Of a stretch of DNA of 64,000 nucleotides, positions 63,836 through 64,000 are shown one piece after another. This stretch comes from Chiloscyllium plagiosum (Eukaryota): positions 54,914,588 through 54,978,587 of the forward strand of contig NC_057728.1 in the NCBI RefSeq assembly GCF_004010195.1, read 5' to 3'. The translations under genes were made by a program, and so were the position numbers. Each line of letters begins with the position of its first letter. Positions within the stretch are counted from its first letter, which is position 1. Below the pieces are notes generated by a model. That model worked only from the letters and a program-made list of their open reading frames with translations, did no database searches and had not been told where the DNA came from.

Positions 63836-64000
63836 CAGAGCACAGGTACTAAATGTGTATTTTGTTGCAAAAACAAGCTAAGTTCTTCTGTTGGCAGCTA
63901 GCATTAATTCTTATTTGTTTATTAATTATAAAATAGCAAGACTGGCCAGACCCAGTTTTTCTAAGGCTACAAATTTAGCTTAAAGGTATTTTGTAATCAA

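Overview
This is vertebrate genomic DNA, almost certainly from a shark. The repeat content (HE1/V-SINE, HER1/CR1 LINEs, a SacSINE1-like DeuSINE) points to an elasmobranch; the species cannot be fixed from the sequence alone. The window holds the conserved TTC41 <- -> HSP90B1 -> <- UQCC6 (C12orf73/BRAWNIN) <- -> TDG block. I reconstructed 7 coding exons of TTC41 (minus strand, running off the left edge), all 18 coding exons of HSP90B1/GRP94 (793 aa, ending KDEL), both coding exons of the 67-aa UQCC6 microprotein (not reported as its own ORF in the ORF track), and the first 3 coding exons of TDG (running off the right edge). Two CpG-rich bidirectional promoters drive the gene pairs. The first has an RFX X-box on the TTC41 side and a cluster of ERSE elements on the HSP90B1 side. 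Introns are full of CR1, L2 and Rex1 LINEs, V-SINEs, DeuSINEs, solo LTRs and Penelope-like elements. The most unusual signal is a set of short Penelope-derived inserts, from about four sequence families, built around minimal hammerhead-ribozyme cores; several are fold-back palindromes and most are flanked by target-site duplications (TSDs). The best example is a spacer-less 194-bp palindrome at 60736-60929. The other lead is the intact DUF4062-STAND ATPase gene TTC41. I see no unambiguous wholly new system. Repeat boundaries are approximate unless a TSD is given.
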